Position numbers and translations under genes: made by a program. Below are positions 1-9,523 of a DNA stretch of 64,000 bases, in pieces. Positions within the stretch are counted from its first letter, which is position 1, and each line of letters opens with the position of its first letter. The stretch comes from Planctomycetota bacterium (lineage in GTDB: Bacteria > Planctomycetota > JAJSAM01 > JAJVHW01), in assembly GCA_022072415.1 (NCBI GenBank), contig JAJVHW010000063.1:12358-76357 (forward strand), given 5' to 3'. The notes beneath the pieces are model-generated. The model searched no databases. It was not told the DNA's origin and was given only the letters and a program-made list of their open reading frames with translations.

Positions 1-3000
1 CCGCTCGTCCGCACGTTCACGTTCGTCCCGGGCACAACGCAGGTGCTGACCGACATGGAGCCGGGCGGCGCCACGTGGACGTCGTCCTACGACGCGGCGG
101 GGAACCTCGTGTCGCTGACCGGTCCCGCGATCCTCACGCCCGGGGGCGCGGAGAACCCCGTCACGACCTACTCGTACGACGCGCTGAACCGCCTCGTCCG
201 CACCGTGCATCCGGACGGAGCCGAGGACGCGTACAAGTACGGGAAGGGCAAGGTCCGCCGCGATCTCGTGGTGGAGAAGATCCTCGACGCCGCGGCGGGC
301 GACGACCCCGTAACCGGCCGCCCGCGCGTCCGACACTCCACGCGATACAGGTACGACTCCGCGGGCAACGTGACGCGAATCGACGAGGGCCGCGGGGCGA
401 AGGTCCGCACGTTCGCGTGGGACGCGTGGGGCGCCGTCTCGTCGGTCGGCCTCGTGCCGACGGGGTCGGTCACGTTCGAGTACGACGCAGACGGGAACCC
501 GGTCCGCACCGAGCGGCCGCTCGCGGGGCCCGGCGGCCGCATCGGCTCGGGCGTCGCCGTGACGGAGGCGGACTACGACGATTTCGGGCTGCGCACCGCG
601 GCGCGCGTCGAGGACGGCTTCGGCGGCGTGCGCGAGACGGTCTACGAGTACCATCACGGACATCTCCGCCCGTCGCGGATCGTCGCGGACGCGGAGATGC
701 GGATCGAGTACGACGTGCGCGGCCGGGAGACGCGCCGGACCGAGGGGTTCGGAACGCCCGAACAGCGCGAGTTCACCACGACGTGGAGCGACCACGACGG
801 TCCGGCCGACGAGGGCTGGGCCGGCCTCGAGCGGACGACCTTCGAGTACGACGCCCACGGACGCCTCGCGGCCACCGTGCACCCGAACGGCACGCGCGCC
901 GAGACCGCGTACGACGCCGCGGGCCGGCGCGCGTCCGAGACCGAGACGTCGGGAGGGCTCGACCGCTCGCGCACGCGGTTCGAGTACGACGCCGCGGGGA
1001 ACGTGGTGGAGATCGAGCGCGACCGGTTCGTCGCGGGCGGCGGGGTGACGGCCGTCGAGACGTGGACGAAGCGGCGCACGCTGCGCGGCGCGCTGGCCGA
1101 GGAGGTGGACTCCCGAGGGTGCTTGATGCGGTTCGTCCACGACGGTCTCGGCCGCGTCGTGCGGTCCGAGGACCCGTCGCTCGATCTCGCCACGGAGGTC
1201 GTGCACGCGCCCGGCGGCGGCGTGGCGACGCACCGCACGGTGCGAGGCGGCTCCACTCCCTCGCCGGTCGTGCGCGAGACGTCGATGGAGTACGACGCCG
1301 CGGGCCGCGTCGTCCGGATCGACGACGCCGACGGCGCGACGACGCGCCTCGCGTACGACGCCGCGGGCCGCATCGCGCAGACGCGCCTGCCGGGCGGCGC
1401 GGTCGTGGACCGCACATTCGACGGTGACGGGAACGTGGTCGGCGAGACGCAGTCCGCGGGCGGGGCCGCGCTCGAGTCGGCGTTCGAGTGGGGCGCGGAC
1501 GGCCGCCTCGCCGGGCAGTCCGCGGCCGACGGGCGCACGATCGCCTACGGCCGCGACGCGCACGGGAACGTCACGTCGGCGTCCACCGCCGGAACGGTGA
1601 CGGGCGCGTGGACCTACGACGCCGCGGGACGCGTGACCTCGTCGGTCTCCGGCGCAGGCGCCCCCGTCCTCTACGGGTACGGCCCCGAAGGCACGCTCGC
1701 CGTCGTGACCGCGTCCGGAGGAACCCAGACCTTCGCCTGGGACCCGCTCGACCGGCTGGCCGTGGCGACCGACACCGTCGGGACCACGGTCACCGTGGTG
1801 AAGTCGTGGGACTCGCTCGGGAACGAGCTCTCCGACCTGCAGGACGGCGCGGGGGTGCTCCGCGAGTTCGGGAACGGCGGACGCACGTCGCGGGTCTCCG
1901 TGCCGGGAGGCCGCACGTACGACATCGAGCGCGACGCCGTCGGGCGCGTCACGTCGGTGACGGCCGCCGGAGTGACCACGGACTACGAGTACGTCCCCGG
2001 AACCCGCGCCGTGGCGCGGCGGACGCATCCGCGCATGACGTCGGAGTTCGGGCACGACGGGCGGCTCCGCCGCACGAGCGCCGAGCACACGACGGCCGAG
2101 GGCGTGGACAGCCGGTGGGACGCGACCTGGGGCGAGCGGGGGTTCATCGAGACCCACCTGCGCGAGAGCGGAGCCGGCGAGGAGCGCACCTACGACGCGT
2201 TCGGCCGGATGACGGCGAGCCGCGTGACGGGAGCGGGCGGCGCGGACCCGCTCGACACGGAGATCGAGTACGGCGGCCCCGAGGACCGCCCGACGGCGAT
2301 CGTCACCAGCACCGACGCGATCGGGAAGGGGCCGTTCCGCAGCCACTCCGTGCCGCTCTCGTTCGACGCGCGGGGCGCGCTCGTCTCCGCCGGCTCGTCG
2401 AACTTCACGTACGACGCGTCGCTCCGCGCCGCCGACTGGTTCGAGAACCGCCCCGCGTACGACGCCGGGCGCCGGCTGGTCGCGTACGACCCGTTCGGCC
2501 GCGTCGGGTCCGTCACGGTGGACGGCGGACCCGTGCTCGCCACGTACCGCTACGACGCCCTCGGGCGGCCCGTCCTCGCCGTGGAGCAGGAGTTCACCGG
2601 ACTGACGAACCTCACGCGACGTCGCGTGTTCGACGGCTGCAGGATCGTGCAGGAGCTCTCTCCGCCGGCGCTCCCCGGATTCGACCTTTACTACGATCCG
2701 GACTACGCGGGCCGCGGGCACACGGGTTCCGGCTTCGCCGACTCGTTCTCGACCACCTATCTCTGGCAGGACGACGCGACGGGCGCCCCGCGGCAGCTCT
2801 ACAACGCCACCCCCGCGACGGGAACGCTCCAGGAGCGCTACGACCGCACCGACGCGTGGGGTCAGCGCCACTTCCAGACGAACGGCGGCGCCGACTTCCG
2901 CGGCGCGCCGAGCCTCCAGAGCGCGGCGAACCTGCCGGGCTACGCGTCGAGCTACGCGACGGGCCTCGTCTTCGGGTGGAGCGGGCCGACGCGCGACCCC

Positions 3001-3936
3001 TTCCTGCCGCGGCCCCTCGGCCCCGACGGCATCCCGCCGATCGGACCGCCCGGCCCCGCGCCGGGACCGAACGGCCCGCCGCCGTACCACCCGGAACCGG
3101 GAAGGGTCGGCTGGCTGATCCAGCCCGTCCCCGACGACGGCGCCGACGCCGTCATCTGCGGCGCCCTGCTCTCCGATCTCCGCGACGCGCTGGAGATCAT
3201 GCGCCGCGCCGAGCAGCGCGCGTTCGAGTGCAACAACCGCCTGCAGTCCACGCTCGACGAGCTCGCGCGGCTCGGCCTCGCGATCGAGGAGTACAACCGC
3301 CGGCGCGACGAGCTCCGCGACGCCCTCGCCGCGCAGGTCGGGAACCTGGAGTCGTTCAAGGCCCTCGACCAGGCCGTGGACACGGGACTCCTGCTCGCGG
3401 GCGGGATCGGCGCCGTCACGAAGGTGGCGAAGGCGGGGGCCGTCGCGGCGGAGATCGCGCAGCAGGCGGCGGCGACCGGCTCCAGGATCACCCGGAGGAT
3501 CGGCGACGCGGTGGGCGCCCGGCTGGTCGGCGATGCCGTCACCGACGCCGCGGCGTCGGCGGCCGGCGAGGGCCTGAAGGCGGCCGGCGCGGAGCAGTTC
3601 GGCGACGGGCTGAGCTTCCTCGGGTCGGTCGCGCTCGCGGGCTACGAGCTCGCGCAGGGCCAGTCGGTCGAGGCGCGCGCCGCGCAGCTCGAGGCCGACG
3701 CGCTGGCCGCCGAGCTCGGATCCGCGCTCTCGCGGAGCGACGTGAAGGCGGGCCTGCAGGACGTGCGCATGCTCCTCGACTACAAGCAGTACCTGCGCGA
3801 CGGGATCGACGGACTCTGCGCCGAGTTCGAGGACGCCCTGGCTGCGGCCCAGCCGTGGATCGACGCCGCGTTCGAGAAGGCCGAGCAGGAGTTCCGCGAC
3901 CTGAAGGACCAGGTCGAGGCGCGGATCGGGAAGTGA
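1..3936 (+). CDS. RHS/YD-repeat protein, 5' end cut by the window edge. The C-terminal ~315 aa are non-repeat: a Pro-rich linker followed by an Ala/Gly-rich helical, coiled-coil-like domain.
   Basis: The frame of ORF 43..3936 is open from nt 1 (PLVRTFTFVPGTTQ precedes the GTG at 43). It carries dozens of YD-repeat units (YDAAGN, YDALNRL, YRYDSAGNV, YDAHGRL, FEYDAAGNVV, YGRDAHGNV). Third positions are almost all G/C. Confidence 0.85.
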   Translation, partial: PLVRTFTFVPGTTQVLTDMEPGGATWTSSYDAAGNLVSLTGPAILTPGGAENPVTTYSYDALNRLVRTVHPDGAEDAYKYGKGKVRRDLVVEKILDAAAGDDPVTGRPRVRHSTRYRYDSAGNVTRIDEGRGAKVRTFAWDAWGAVSSVGLVPTGSVTFEYDADGNPVRTERPLAGPGGRIGSGVAVTEADYDDFGLRTAARVEDGFGGVRETVYEYHHGHLRPSRIVADAEMRIEYDVRGRETRRTEGFGTPEQREFTTTWSDHDGPADEGWAGLERTTFEYDAHGRLAATVHPNGTRAETAYDAAGRRASETETSGGLDRSRTRFEYDAAGNVVEIERDRFVAGGGVTAVETWTKRRTLRGALAEEVDSRGCLMRFVHDGLGRVVRSEDPSLDLATEVVHAPGGGVATHRTVRGGSTPSPVVRETSMEYDAAGRVVRIDDADGATTRLAYDAAGRIAQTRLPGGAVVDRTFDGDGNVVGETQSAGGAALESAFEWGADGRLAGQSAADGRTIAYGRDAHGNVTSASTAGTVTGAWTYDAAGRVTSSVSGAGAPVLYGYGPEGTLAVVTASGGTQTFAWDPLDRLAVATDTVGTTVTVVKSWDSLGNELSDLQDGAGVLREFGNGGRTSRVSVPGGRTYDIERDAVGRVTSVTAAGVTTDYEYVPGTRAVARRTHPRMTSEFGHDGRLRRTSAEHTTAEGVDSRWDATWGERGFIETHLRESGAGEERTYDAFGRMTASRVTGAGGADPLDTEIEYGGPEDRPTAIVTSTDAIGKGPFRSHSVPLSFDARGALVSAGSSNFTYDASLRAADWFENRPAYDAGRRLVAYDPFGRVGSVTVDGGPVLATYRYDALGRPVLAVEQEFTGLTNLTRRRVFDGCRIVQELSPPALPGFDLYYDPDYAGRGHTGSGFADSFSTTYLWQDDATGAPRQLYNATPATGTLQERYDRTDAWGQRHFQTNGGADFRGAPSLQSAANLPGYASSYATGLVFGWSGPTRDPFLPRPLGPDGIPPIGPPGPAPGPNGPPPYHPEPGRVGWLIQPVPDDGADAVICGALLSDLRDALEIMRRAEQRAFECNNRLQSTLDELARLGLAIEEYNRRRDELRDALAAQVGNLESFKALDQAVDTGLLLAGGIGAVTKVAKAGAVAAEIAQQAAATGSRITRRIGDAVGARLVGDAVTDAAASAAGEGLKAAGAEQFGDGLSFLGSVALAGYELAQGQSVEARAAQLEADALAAELGSALSRSDVKAGLQDVRMLLDYKQYLRDGIDGLCAEFEDALAAAQPWIDAAFEKAEQEFRDLKDQVEARIGK

Positions 3937-4015
3937 CGCAGGGGCGTCGCGGCGATCCGCGCGCGATCCATCCCGGCGCCGGCGGGCCTCGCCGATCCCC
4001 GCGCGAAGACTCGGC

Positions 4016-5089
4016 TCACTTCACGCCGCGCACCACGAACGGGGGCACGGAGCCGTCGATCGTGCGCGGCTTCCCGCCGGCGGCGGTGCGGGCGGCGAAG
4101 AGCGCGTCGGAGCGGCGCTTCAGGTTCCCGAGGGAGCTCCGCAGCGCGGCGCGCACGTCGTCCTCGCCGTCGGGGACGGAGTCGAGGTCGAAGCCGAAGA
4201 CGCGGACGCAGCACAGCGCGACGAACGCGCCGGAGGGGTCGCGCACGGGCAGGAACACGTCCTGGCCCGCCATGAAGTCGAAGTCCTTCGACGGCGACCA
4301 GATGTCGCAGACGAGGTTCCCGTCGCCGCCGACGCGGTTCACGATGCGGAGGTCGCACGAGTAGGTCGAGTAGGGGAACGGAAGGTCCTGCTCGAAGAAC
4401 ATGCGCGACGCGGTGAACGCGCGCGCCGACGCGTCCTTCCCGCGCACGTAGCTCCCCTTCACGCCGTGGATGCGCTCGTACGACGCGCCCACGTGCTTCG
4501 GATACGCGGTGTAGTCGTTCTCCGCCTCCTTCACGGCGTCGAGGTCGGCGAAGAGGAGCGCGGCCGCCTGCTGGAGCATCGGTCGCCCGCCGTCGATGCG
4601 CGTCCAGGGCTCCTTCTTCTCTCCGTCGCCGCGGAACGCCGCGCCGGTGAGGATCCCGTCCTCGTCGCCGTCCTTCGCCGGGTTCCACGAGCTTCCGACG
4701 AGCACCCGCTCGCGGCAGAGCTGCGAGATCTCCGGCCCGAACGCGCGCCACGCCGCGTCGTCGGCGCGGAGCGCCGCGAGCACGGCGTCGGGATCGGGCG
4801 ACGAACGGACCGCCTGCACCGCGCCCGCGAACGAGCGGAACCTCGGGTCGGCCGCGCCGGGGCGCGCGGCGATCGCTTCGCGCATGCGCCGCAGGAGGTC
4901 CGCCGGGCGGCGCGCCTCCGGCAGCGTCTCGTCGGTGCGGACGTCCGGCACGCGCCAGCGCGGATCGAGGCAGCCGACCGCGTCGGCCCACGTCCCGTGG
5001 CGCCCCGGGTCGATCTCGGGCTCGTCGCCGCCGTTCGCGCCGCCGATCGCGGCGGCGAGGACCAGGCAGGCGGCGGCGCGGCGGAGCAT
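4016..5089 (-). CDS. Hypothetical secreted protein (357 aa)
   Basis: ORF 4016..5161. I place the start at the internal ATG ending at 5089, where MLRRAAACLVLAAAIGGANG looks like a signal peptide. Residue composition is diverse and GC3 is high. No family recognised. Confidence 0.55.
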   Translation of the reverse strand: MLRRAAACLVLAAAIGGANGGDEPEIDPGRHGTWADAVGCLDPRWRVPDVRTDETLPEARRPADLLRRMREAIAARPGAADPRFRSFAGAVQAVRSSPDPDAVLAALRADDAAWRAFGPEISQLCRERVLVGSSWNPAKDGDEDGILTGAAFRGDGEKKEPWTRIDGGRPMLQQAAALLFADLDAVKEAENDYTAYPKHVGASYERIHGVKGSYVRGKDASARAFTASRMFFEQDLPFPYSTYSCDLRIVNRVGGDGNLVCDIWSPSKDFDFMAGQDVFLPVRDPSGAFVALCCVRVFGFDLDSVPDGEDDVRAALRSSLGNLKRRSDALFAARTAAGGKPRTIDGSVPPFVVRGVK

Positions 5090-5151
5090 CCGGGCAGTAT
5101 CGCCGGGACCGCCGGGGTCAGGAATGGCCTTGGCCCCGTCCGGGCGCTTAT

Positions 5152-5382
5152 CCCGGATCATTCACGAAGGTTCGCGCCTGGCCGAGCCCGCGGGCGCGCT
5201 GCTGCGTCGGAGCCCTTGACCGACTTGCCGAAGTCGCTCTGCGGTCTCCTCCTTGCATCGCATCCCGCGGATCTCGGCCAGGACAGTCCGTCGCCGGGCG
5301 ACCGTCGGCGGAATCGACGTACAGTGCAGGCAGTCCGCGAGTTGAAGGCCGTTTTCGCGCGAACCCTCGTGAATGATCCGGG
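5152..5382. repeat. Pair of 26-nt inverted repeats (25/26 identical) bracketing 179 bp. Could be MITE-like or a large regulatory palindrome.
   Basis: 5152..5177 is cccggatcattcacgaaggttcgcgc. The reverse complement of 5357..5382 is cccggatcattcacgagggttcgcgc. The flanking tta/taa extend the match. A further 9-nt inverted pair is ctggccgag (5178..5186) and ctcggccag (5273..5281). The element lies between the divergent starts at 5089 (-) and 5413 (+). Confidence 0.7.
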
Positions 5383-5412
5383 CTAATCTCCCCCCTTCCA
5401 CGGAGGACACCC

Positions 5413-6906
5413 ATGATTCGCACGGGATTCACGCGCACGGCAGCCGCCGCGGCGCTCTTCATGTCGATCACCGCCGCCCCGCTCGCGCTCCACGCGGACG
5501 AGAGCGAGAAGCCGGGCGAGACGAAGGCCGAGGAGGCCAGGCCCGAGCCGAAGAAGGAGCCGAAGACCACGACGGTGACGAAGGGCGCGTTCTCCGTGGT
5601 CCTCGAGCTGAACGGCACGCTCGACGCGAAGCGCCAGTGGGACCTCGAGGTGGACACGGAGTCGTGGGGCGGCGAGCTCGAGGTGATCGAGGCCGCGCAG
5701 CCCGGGCCGGTGAAGAAGGGCGACGTCGTCGCCCGCTTCAAGACCGACAAGATCGACGATGCGCTCGCCGCCGCCGAGCGCGACCTCCTGTCGGCGAAGG
5801 CCGGGTTCCGCAAGCAGCAGGAGGAGGCGAAGCGCGCCGACGAGGCGCTGGCGCTCGGACTGCGCAAGGCCGAGGCCGACGCCGTGAACGCCGCGAACCA
5901 GCTGAAGCGCTGGCAGGAGTTCGAGAAGGAGTTCCGACTTCAGGAGGCCGACTACCGCATGCAGGTCCAGAAGGACAACTTCGTGGACCAGATGGAGGAG
6001 CTGACCCAGCTCGAGAAGATGTACAAGGCCGACGAGCTGACCGAGGAGACCGAGGACATCGTCCTCAAGCGCACGCAGCGCCAGATCGAGCGGCTGAAGA
6101 AGCAGATGGCTTGGAACGAGCGCCGCGACCGGGCATGGCGCGAGCTCGACTATGCCCGCGAGGGCGAGAACATCGAGGCCGCCGCGAAGCGCGCCGCGAT
6201 GGATCTCGAGCGGGCGAAGGAAGCCGCGCGCGCCGCGGAGGTCACCGGCAAGGTGGACCTGGAGAAGGCGAAGATCGCCCTGGAGAAGCAGGAGGAGAAC
6301 CTCGCGAAGCTGCGGCGGGACCGGGAGAAGTTCGTCCTGAAGTCGCCGGAGGACGGGATGCTCGTCCGCGGCGCGCTCTCGCGCGGCAAGTGGTCGGGGC
6401 TCGAGGAGCCGTCCGCGACGCTGAAGCCCGAGGGCAAGGTCAAGCCGAAGACGACGCTCTTCACGGTCGTCCGCGGCGGGGACGTGTTCGTCCGCACGCA
6501 GGTGAACGAGTCGGCGATGCTCACCGTCAACGAGGGCCAGAGCGCGTCCGTCACCGCGAACGCGCTCCCGAAGCAGCCGATCCCCGGGAAGGTCTCCCGC
6601 GTCGCGCGCTTCTCGGCCGGCGAGAACTACGACGTGTTCGTCGAGGTCCCGAACGCCGACGCGCGGCTCTTCCCGGGCTACGGCGTGAAGGTGAAGGTCA
6701 CGACCGTCGAGAATTCCGACGCCCTGACCGTGCCCGCGGGCGCGGTGGAGAAGGACGGCGAGAAGCGGTTCGTCCACGTGTGGACCGGCGAGAAGTCCGA
6801 GCGCCGCGAGGTCGAGTGCGGCGAGACGTCGCAGGGCCGCACGGAGATCGTGAAGGGCGCGTCCGAGGGCGAGAAGGTCCTCGAGTCGGCGCCGAAGCAG
6901 AAGTGA
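5413..6906 (+). CDS. HlyD-family / RND-type periplasmic adaptor (membrane-fusion protein)
   Basis: N-terminal signal peptide (MIRTGFTRTAAAAALFMSITAAPLALHA). A long E/K/A/L-rich coiled-coil hairpin in the middle is flanked by beta-rich segments (GDVVARF, VFVRTQVNE, GQSASVTA, IPGKVSRV, KVKVTTVE), as in MFP adaptors. GGAGG lies 6 nt upstream of the ATG. Confidence 0.8.
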   Translation: MIRTGFTRTAAAAALFMSITAAPLALHADESEKPGETKAEEARPEPKKEPKTTTVTKGAFSVVLELNGTLDAKRQWDLEVDTESWGGELEVIEAAQPGPVKKGDVVARFKTDKIDDALAAAERDLLSAKAGFRKQQEEAKRADEALALGLRKAEADAVNAANQLKRWQEFEKEFRLQEADYRMQVQKDNFVDQMEELTQLEKMYKADELTEETEDIVLKRTQRQIERLKKQMAWNERRDRAWRELDYAREGENIEAAAKRAAMDLERAKEAARAAEVTGKVDLEKAKIALEKQEENLAKLRRDREKFVLKSPEDGMLVRGALSRGKWSGLEEPSATLKPEGKVKPKTTLFTVVRGGDVFVRTQVNESAMLTVNEGQSASVTANALPKQPIPGKVSRVARFSAGENYDVFVEVPNADARLFPGYGVKVKVTTVENSDALTVPAGAVEKDGEKRFVHVWTGEKSERREVECGETSQGRTEIVKGASEGEKVLESAPKQK

Positions 6907-6913
6907 GGCCGTC

Positions 6914-8107
6914 GTGAACCTCCGCCGGATCCTCCCGTTCTCGCTCTGCGCCGCCGCGGTCGCCGCGGCGATCGCGGCCTCGCCGTGGGGCGCCGGGCCG
7001 TCGTCGTCGCAGGCCGAGGAGAAGAAGCCCGCCGCTCCGGCGGAGACGCCCGCCCCCGACGTCGCCGCGGCCATCCGCCGCGGCGCCGAGTACCTCGTCA
7101 AAGCGCAGAAGAAGGACGGGTCGTGGGGCTCCCCCGCGAGCAACCTCTACGACATCTACGCGCCCGAACCGGGCGCTTACTACGCGTTCCGCGGCGGCGC
7201 GTCGGCGCTGGCGCTCTCCGCGCTGATCGAGTGCGGGGACAAGGACCCGGCGATCCGCGAGATGGCCGCCGAGGCCGTCCGCAAGGGCACCGACTTCATG
7301 ATGGCCACGGTGGACGTGCGCCGCGCGACCGTGGACGCGCTCTACAACATCTGGGGCAACGCGTACGGCGTTCACGCCCTCGCCCGCGCCCACGCGCGCG
7401 AGACGGACGAGGGGCGGAGGAAGCTCCTCCGCGAGGCGATGGGCCGCGGCGTCGCCGCGCTCCGCCGGTACCAGTACGCCGAGGGCGGCTGGGGCTACTA
7501 CGACTTCGACACGCACACGCAGCAGCCGGGGCTCGGCGCCACGTCGTTCACCACGGCGACCGCGCTCGTGGCCCTCAAGGCCGCGCGCGAGCAGGGCGTG
7601 GAGTTCCCCGACGGCGTCTGGAAGGACGCGCTGAAGTTCACGGAGTTCCTGCGCAAGCCCGACAACTCGTTCGCGTACAGCTTCGATCACCGCTACTGGC
7701 CGCAGGGCGGCATCAACAAGATCAAGGGGAGCCTCGCGCGCACGCCGGCGTGCCTCCGCGCGATCGACCTGTGGGGCGGGAAGGTGACCGAGGCGCACGT
7801 CGTGACCGCGCTCGACAACCTCGAGAAGGAGGACCGCTTCCTCCGGATCGCCCGCAAGTACCCGCAGCCGCACGAAAGCTGGTACCAGAACTCCGGCTAC
7901 TTCTGCTTCTACGGGTACTACTACGCGAGCCTCCTGTTCCCGCGCGTGACCGATCCCGCGCGCCTCGCGAAGGCGAAGGCGCACTTCGCGAGGATCCTCG
8001 CGCCGCTCCAGGAGGAGGACGGCTCCTTCTGGGACTACCAGCTCTACGGGTACCACAAGGCGTACGGCACGGGGTACGTGCTGCTCGCGCTGAACGCGTG
8101 CCGGTGA
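6914..8107 (+). CDS. Secreted prenyltransferase / squalene-oxidase-repeat (terpenoid-cyclase-like alpha/alpha toroid) protein
   Basis: Signal peptide present. Recurrent motifs KKDGSWGS, AEGGWGYYDF and EEDGSFWDYQ are typical of this repeat family. The GTG start lies 7 nt after the upstream stop. Confidence 0.7.
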   Translation: MNLRRILPFSLCAAAVAAAIAASPWGAGPSSSQAEEKKPAAPAETPAPDVAAAIRRGAEYLVKAQKKDGSWGSPASNLYDIYAPEPGAYYAFRGGASALALSALIECGDKDPAIREMAAEAVRKGTDFMMATVDVRRATVDALYNIWGNAYGVHALARAHARETDEGRRKLLREAMGRGVAALRRYQYAEGGWGYYDFDTHTQQPGLGATSFTTATALVALKAAREQGVEFPDGVWKDALKFTEFLRKPDNSFAYSFDHRYWPQGGINKIKGSLARTPACLRAIDLWGGKVTEAHVVTALDNLEKEDRFLRIARKYPQPHESWYQNSGYFCFYGYYYASLLFPRVTDPARLAKAKAHFARILAPLQEEDGSFWDYQLYGYHKAYGTGYVLLALNACR

Positions 8108-9471
8108 TGCGCCGCGCCGTGGCCGCTCTCGCGCTGCTGGCCGCGTCCGCGGCCGCGGAGGAGCCGGAGGGGCCGGTGCCCGCGAAGGCCCCGCTCGTCT
8201 TCGTGCGCGTGAACGAGCAGGGCGCCGAGGAGTGGCTCCGCGTCCGCGACGGCGCGACCGTCATCCGCGTCCCCGCCGGCGACTACATGAAGCGACCCTA
8301 CGAGGGCACCGTCGCGTCGGCCGATCCGAAGCCGGTGCCCGTCGGGTCGTACCTCGTGGACAAGCACGAGGTGACGAACGCGCAGTTCGCGGCGTTCCTC
8401 GAATCGCGACCCGAGTCCGCGTCGGCGGTGCGCCGCGATCTCCCGGGGCTCGAGCAGGTTCCCGATCCTTCGGGCACGCCGACTCGCGACCGTCCGATGG
8501 TCTGGCGCGCCACGCCGGGTCTGGAGCGGCATCCCGTCACGTCGGTCAGCGCCCACGGCATGCTCGCCTACGCGACGTGGGCCGGCGCGCGGCTCCCGTC
8601 GCAGATCGAGTGGGAGAAGGCCGCCGGCGGCGCCGAGGGGAAGCTCTACCCCTGGGGCGACGACGCGCCGACCGCGTCGCACGCGAACTTCGGGAGCCCC
8701 GCGCCGCGCGGCGCCGAGCCCGTCGGCTCGCGCCCCGCGGGCGCGTCGCCCTTCGGCTGCCTCGACATGGCGGGGAACGCCTACGAGCGGGTCATGGTCC
8801 CCGGCCGCGACGGACAGCTCCGCCCCGTGATGATCAAGGGCGGCTCGTGGCTCTCGCCGCATCCGCTCAACCTGCGCGTCCTCGACCTGTGCATGCAGCC
8901 GATGGAAGCCGCCGAGCGGAGCGTCGGCTTCCGCTGCGCGATGGACGACCCGGAGCCGACGCGCGCGCCGAGGAAGGCCGACACGCCGAAGCGTCTGCGC
9001 CTCGCCCGGAACTTCGACGCGGCGGTGAAGGAGGCGGCGGAGCGGAAGGTCCCGCTCTTCCTCTCGCTCCTCCACGACACCTGCGGCCAGTGCGACCGCA
9101 CCCGCGCGCAGCTCTTCACCGATCCGCGCTTCGTCGCGTACTGCAACGACCGCATGGTCGTCGTCGTCGGCCAGGTCCCCGGCGACGCGCTCGGCGAACC
9201 GCACCCGCCGTCGCCCGGCGCCGGCGCGTGCCCGCTCCTCCCCGGCCTCACGTGCGCCGAGCACGAAGACCTCTACGCCCGCGGCCTCGCCGTCGTCGGC
9301 ACGTTCCAGGTGAGCCCCGGCAACTTCGTGCTCGATCCCCGTCGAACGGCGACCGGCGCCGGCGCCGCCGCCGTCCTGGTCCCGGAGCCGAAGCTCCCCA
9401 AGTGGGGCGATGCCGTGGACGCCTACCTCGCGGCGTTCGAGTCCGCGGCGAAGGCGATGGCGGGGGAGTAG
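8107..9471 (+). CDS. FGE-sulfatase (SUMF1/EgtB-type) domain protein fused to a C-terminal thioredoxin-like domain
   Basis: Signal peptide MRRAVAALALLAASAAA. FGE-fold motifs: YLVDKHEVTNAQFAAFL, HPVTSVSAHGMLAYATWAGARLPSQIEWEKAAGG, LYPWGD, GNAYERV, IKGGSWL, VGFRCA. The C-terminus has VPLFLSLLHDTCGQCD (CxxC). The ATG overlaps the upstream stop (TGATG). This is the internal start of ORF 6985..9471. Confidence 0.8.
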   Translation: MRRAVAALALLAASAAAEEPEGPVPAKAPLVFVRVNEQGAEEWLRVRDGATVIRVPAGDYMKRPYEGTVASADPKPVPVGSYLVDKHEVTNAQFAAFLESRPESASAVRRDLPGLEQVPDPSGTPTRDRPMVWRATPGLERHPVTSVSAHGMLAYATWAGARLPSQIEWEKAAGGAEGKLYPWGDDAPTASHANFGSPAPRGAEPVGSRPAGASPFGCLDMAGNAYERVMVPGRDGQLRPVMIKGGSWLSPHPLNLRVLDLCMQPMEAAERSVGFRCAMDDPEPTRAPRKADTPKRLRLARNFDAAVKEAAERKVPLFLSLLHDTCGQCDRTRAQLFTDPRFVAYCNDRMVVVVGQVPGDALGEPHPPSPGAGACPLLPGLTCAEHEDLYARGLAVVGTFQVSPGNFVLDPRRTATGAGAAAVLVPEPKLPKWGDAVDAYLAAFESAAKAMAGE

Positions 9472-9523
9472 GTCCGCCGCGACGGCGCGCGGGAGTCCAG
9501 GCCGCGTCGCACCGCGGGAGCTT

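Noticed and set aside
75-4364. Alternate-frame ORFs over the RHS gene (75..1427 +, 1488..4364 +, 654..1538 -, 773..1417 -)
   Set aside because: Poly-Arg/Pro/Gly translations. The YD-repeat frame explains the region completely.
5162-5410. An 82-aa minus-strand ORF (GTG start) inside the inverted-repeat element, plus twin MIR... ORF starts created by the repeats (5161 - and 5373 +)
   Set aside because: GC3 is clearly lower than in real genes here. There is no SD at the proper distance. Its ends are generated by the repeat arms themselves. The 5161 start would add a non-signal 24-aa extension to the secreted protein.
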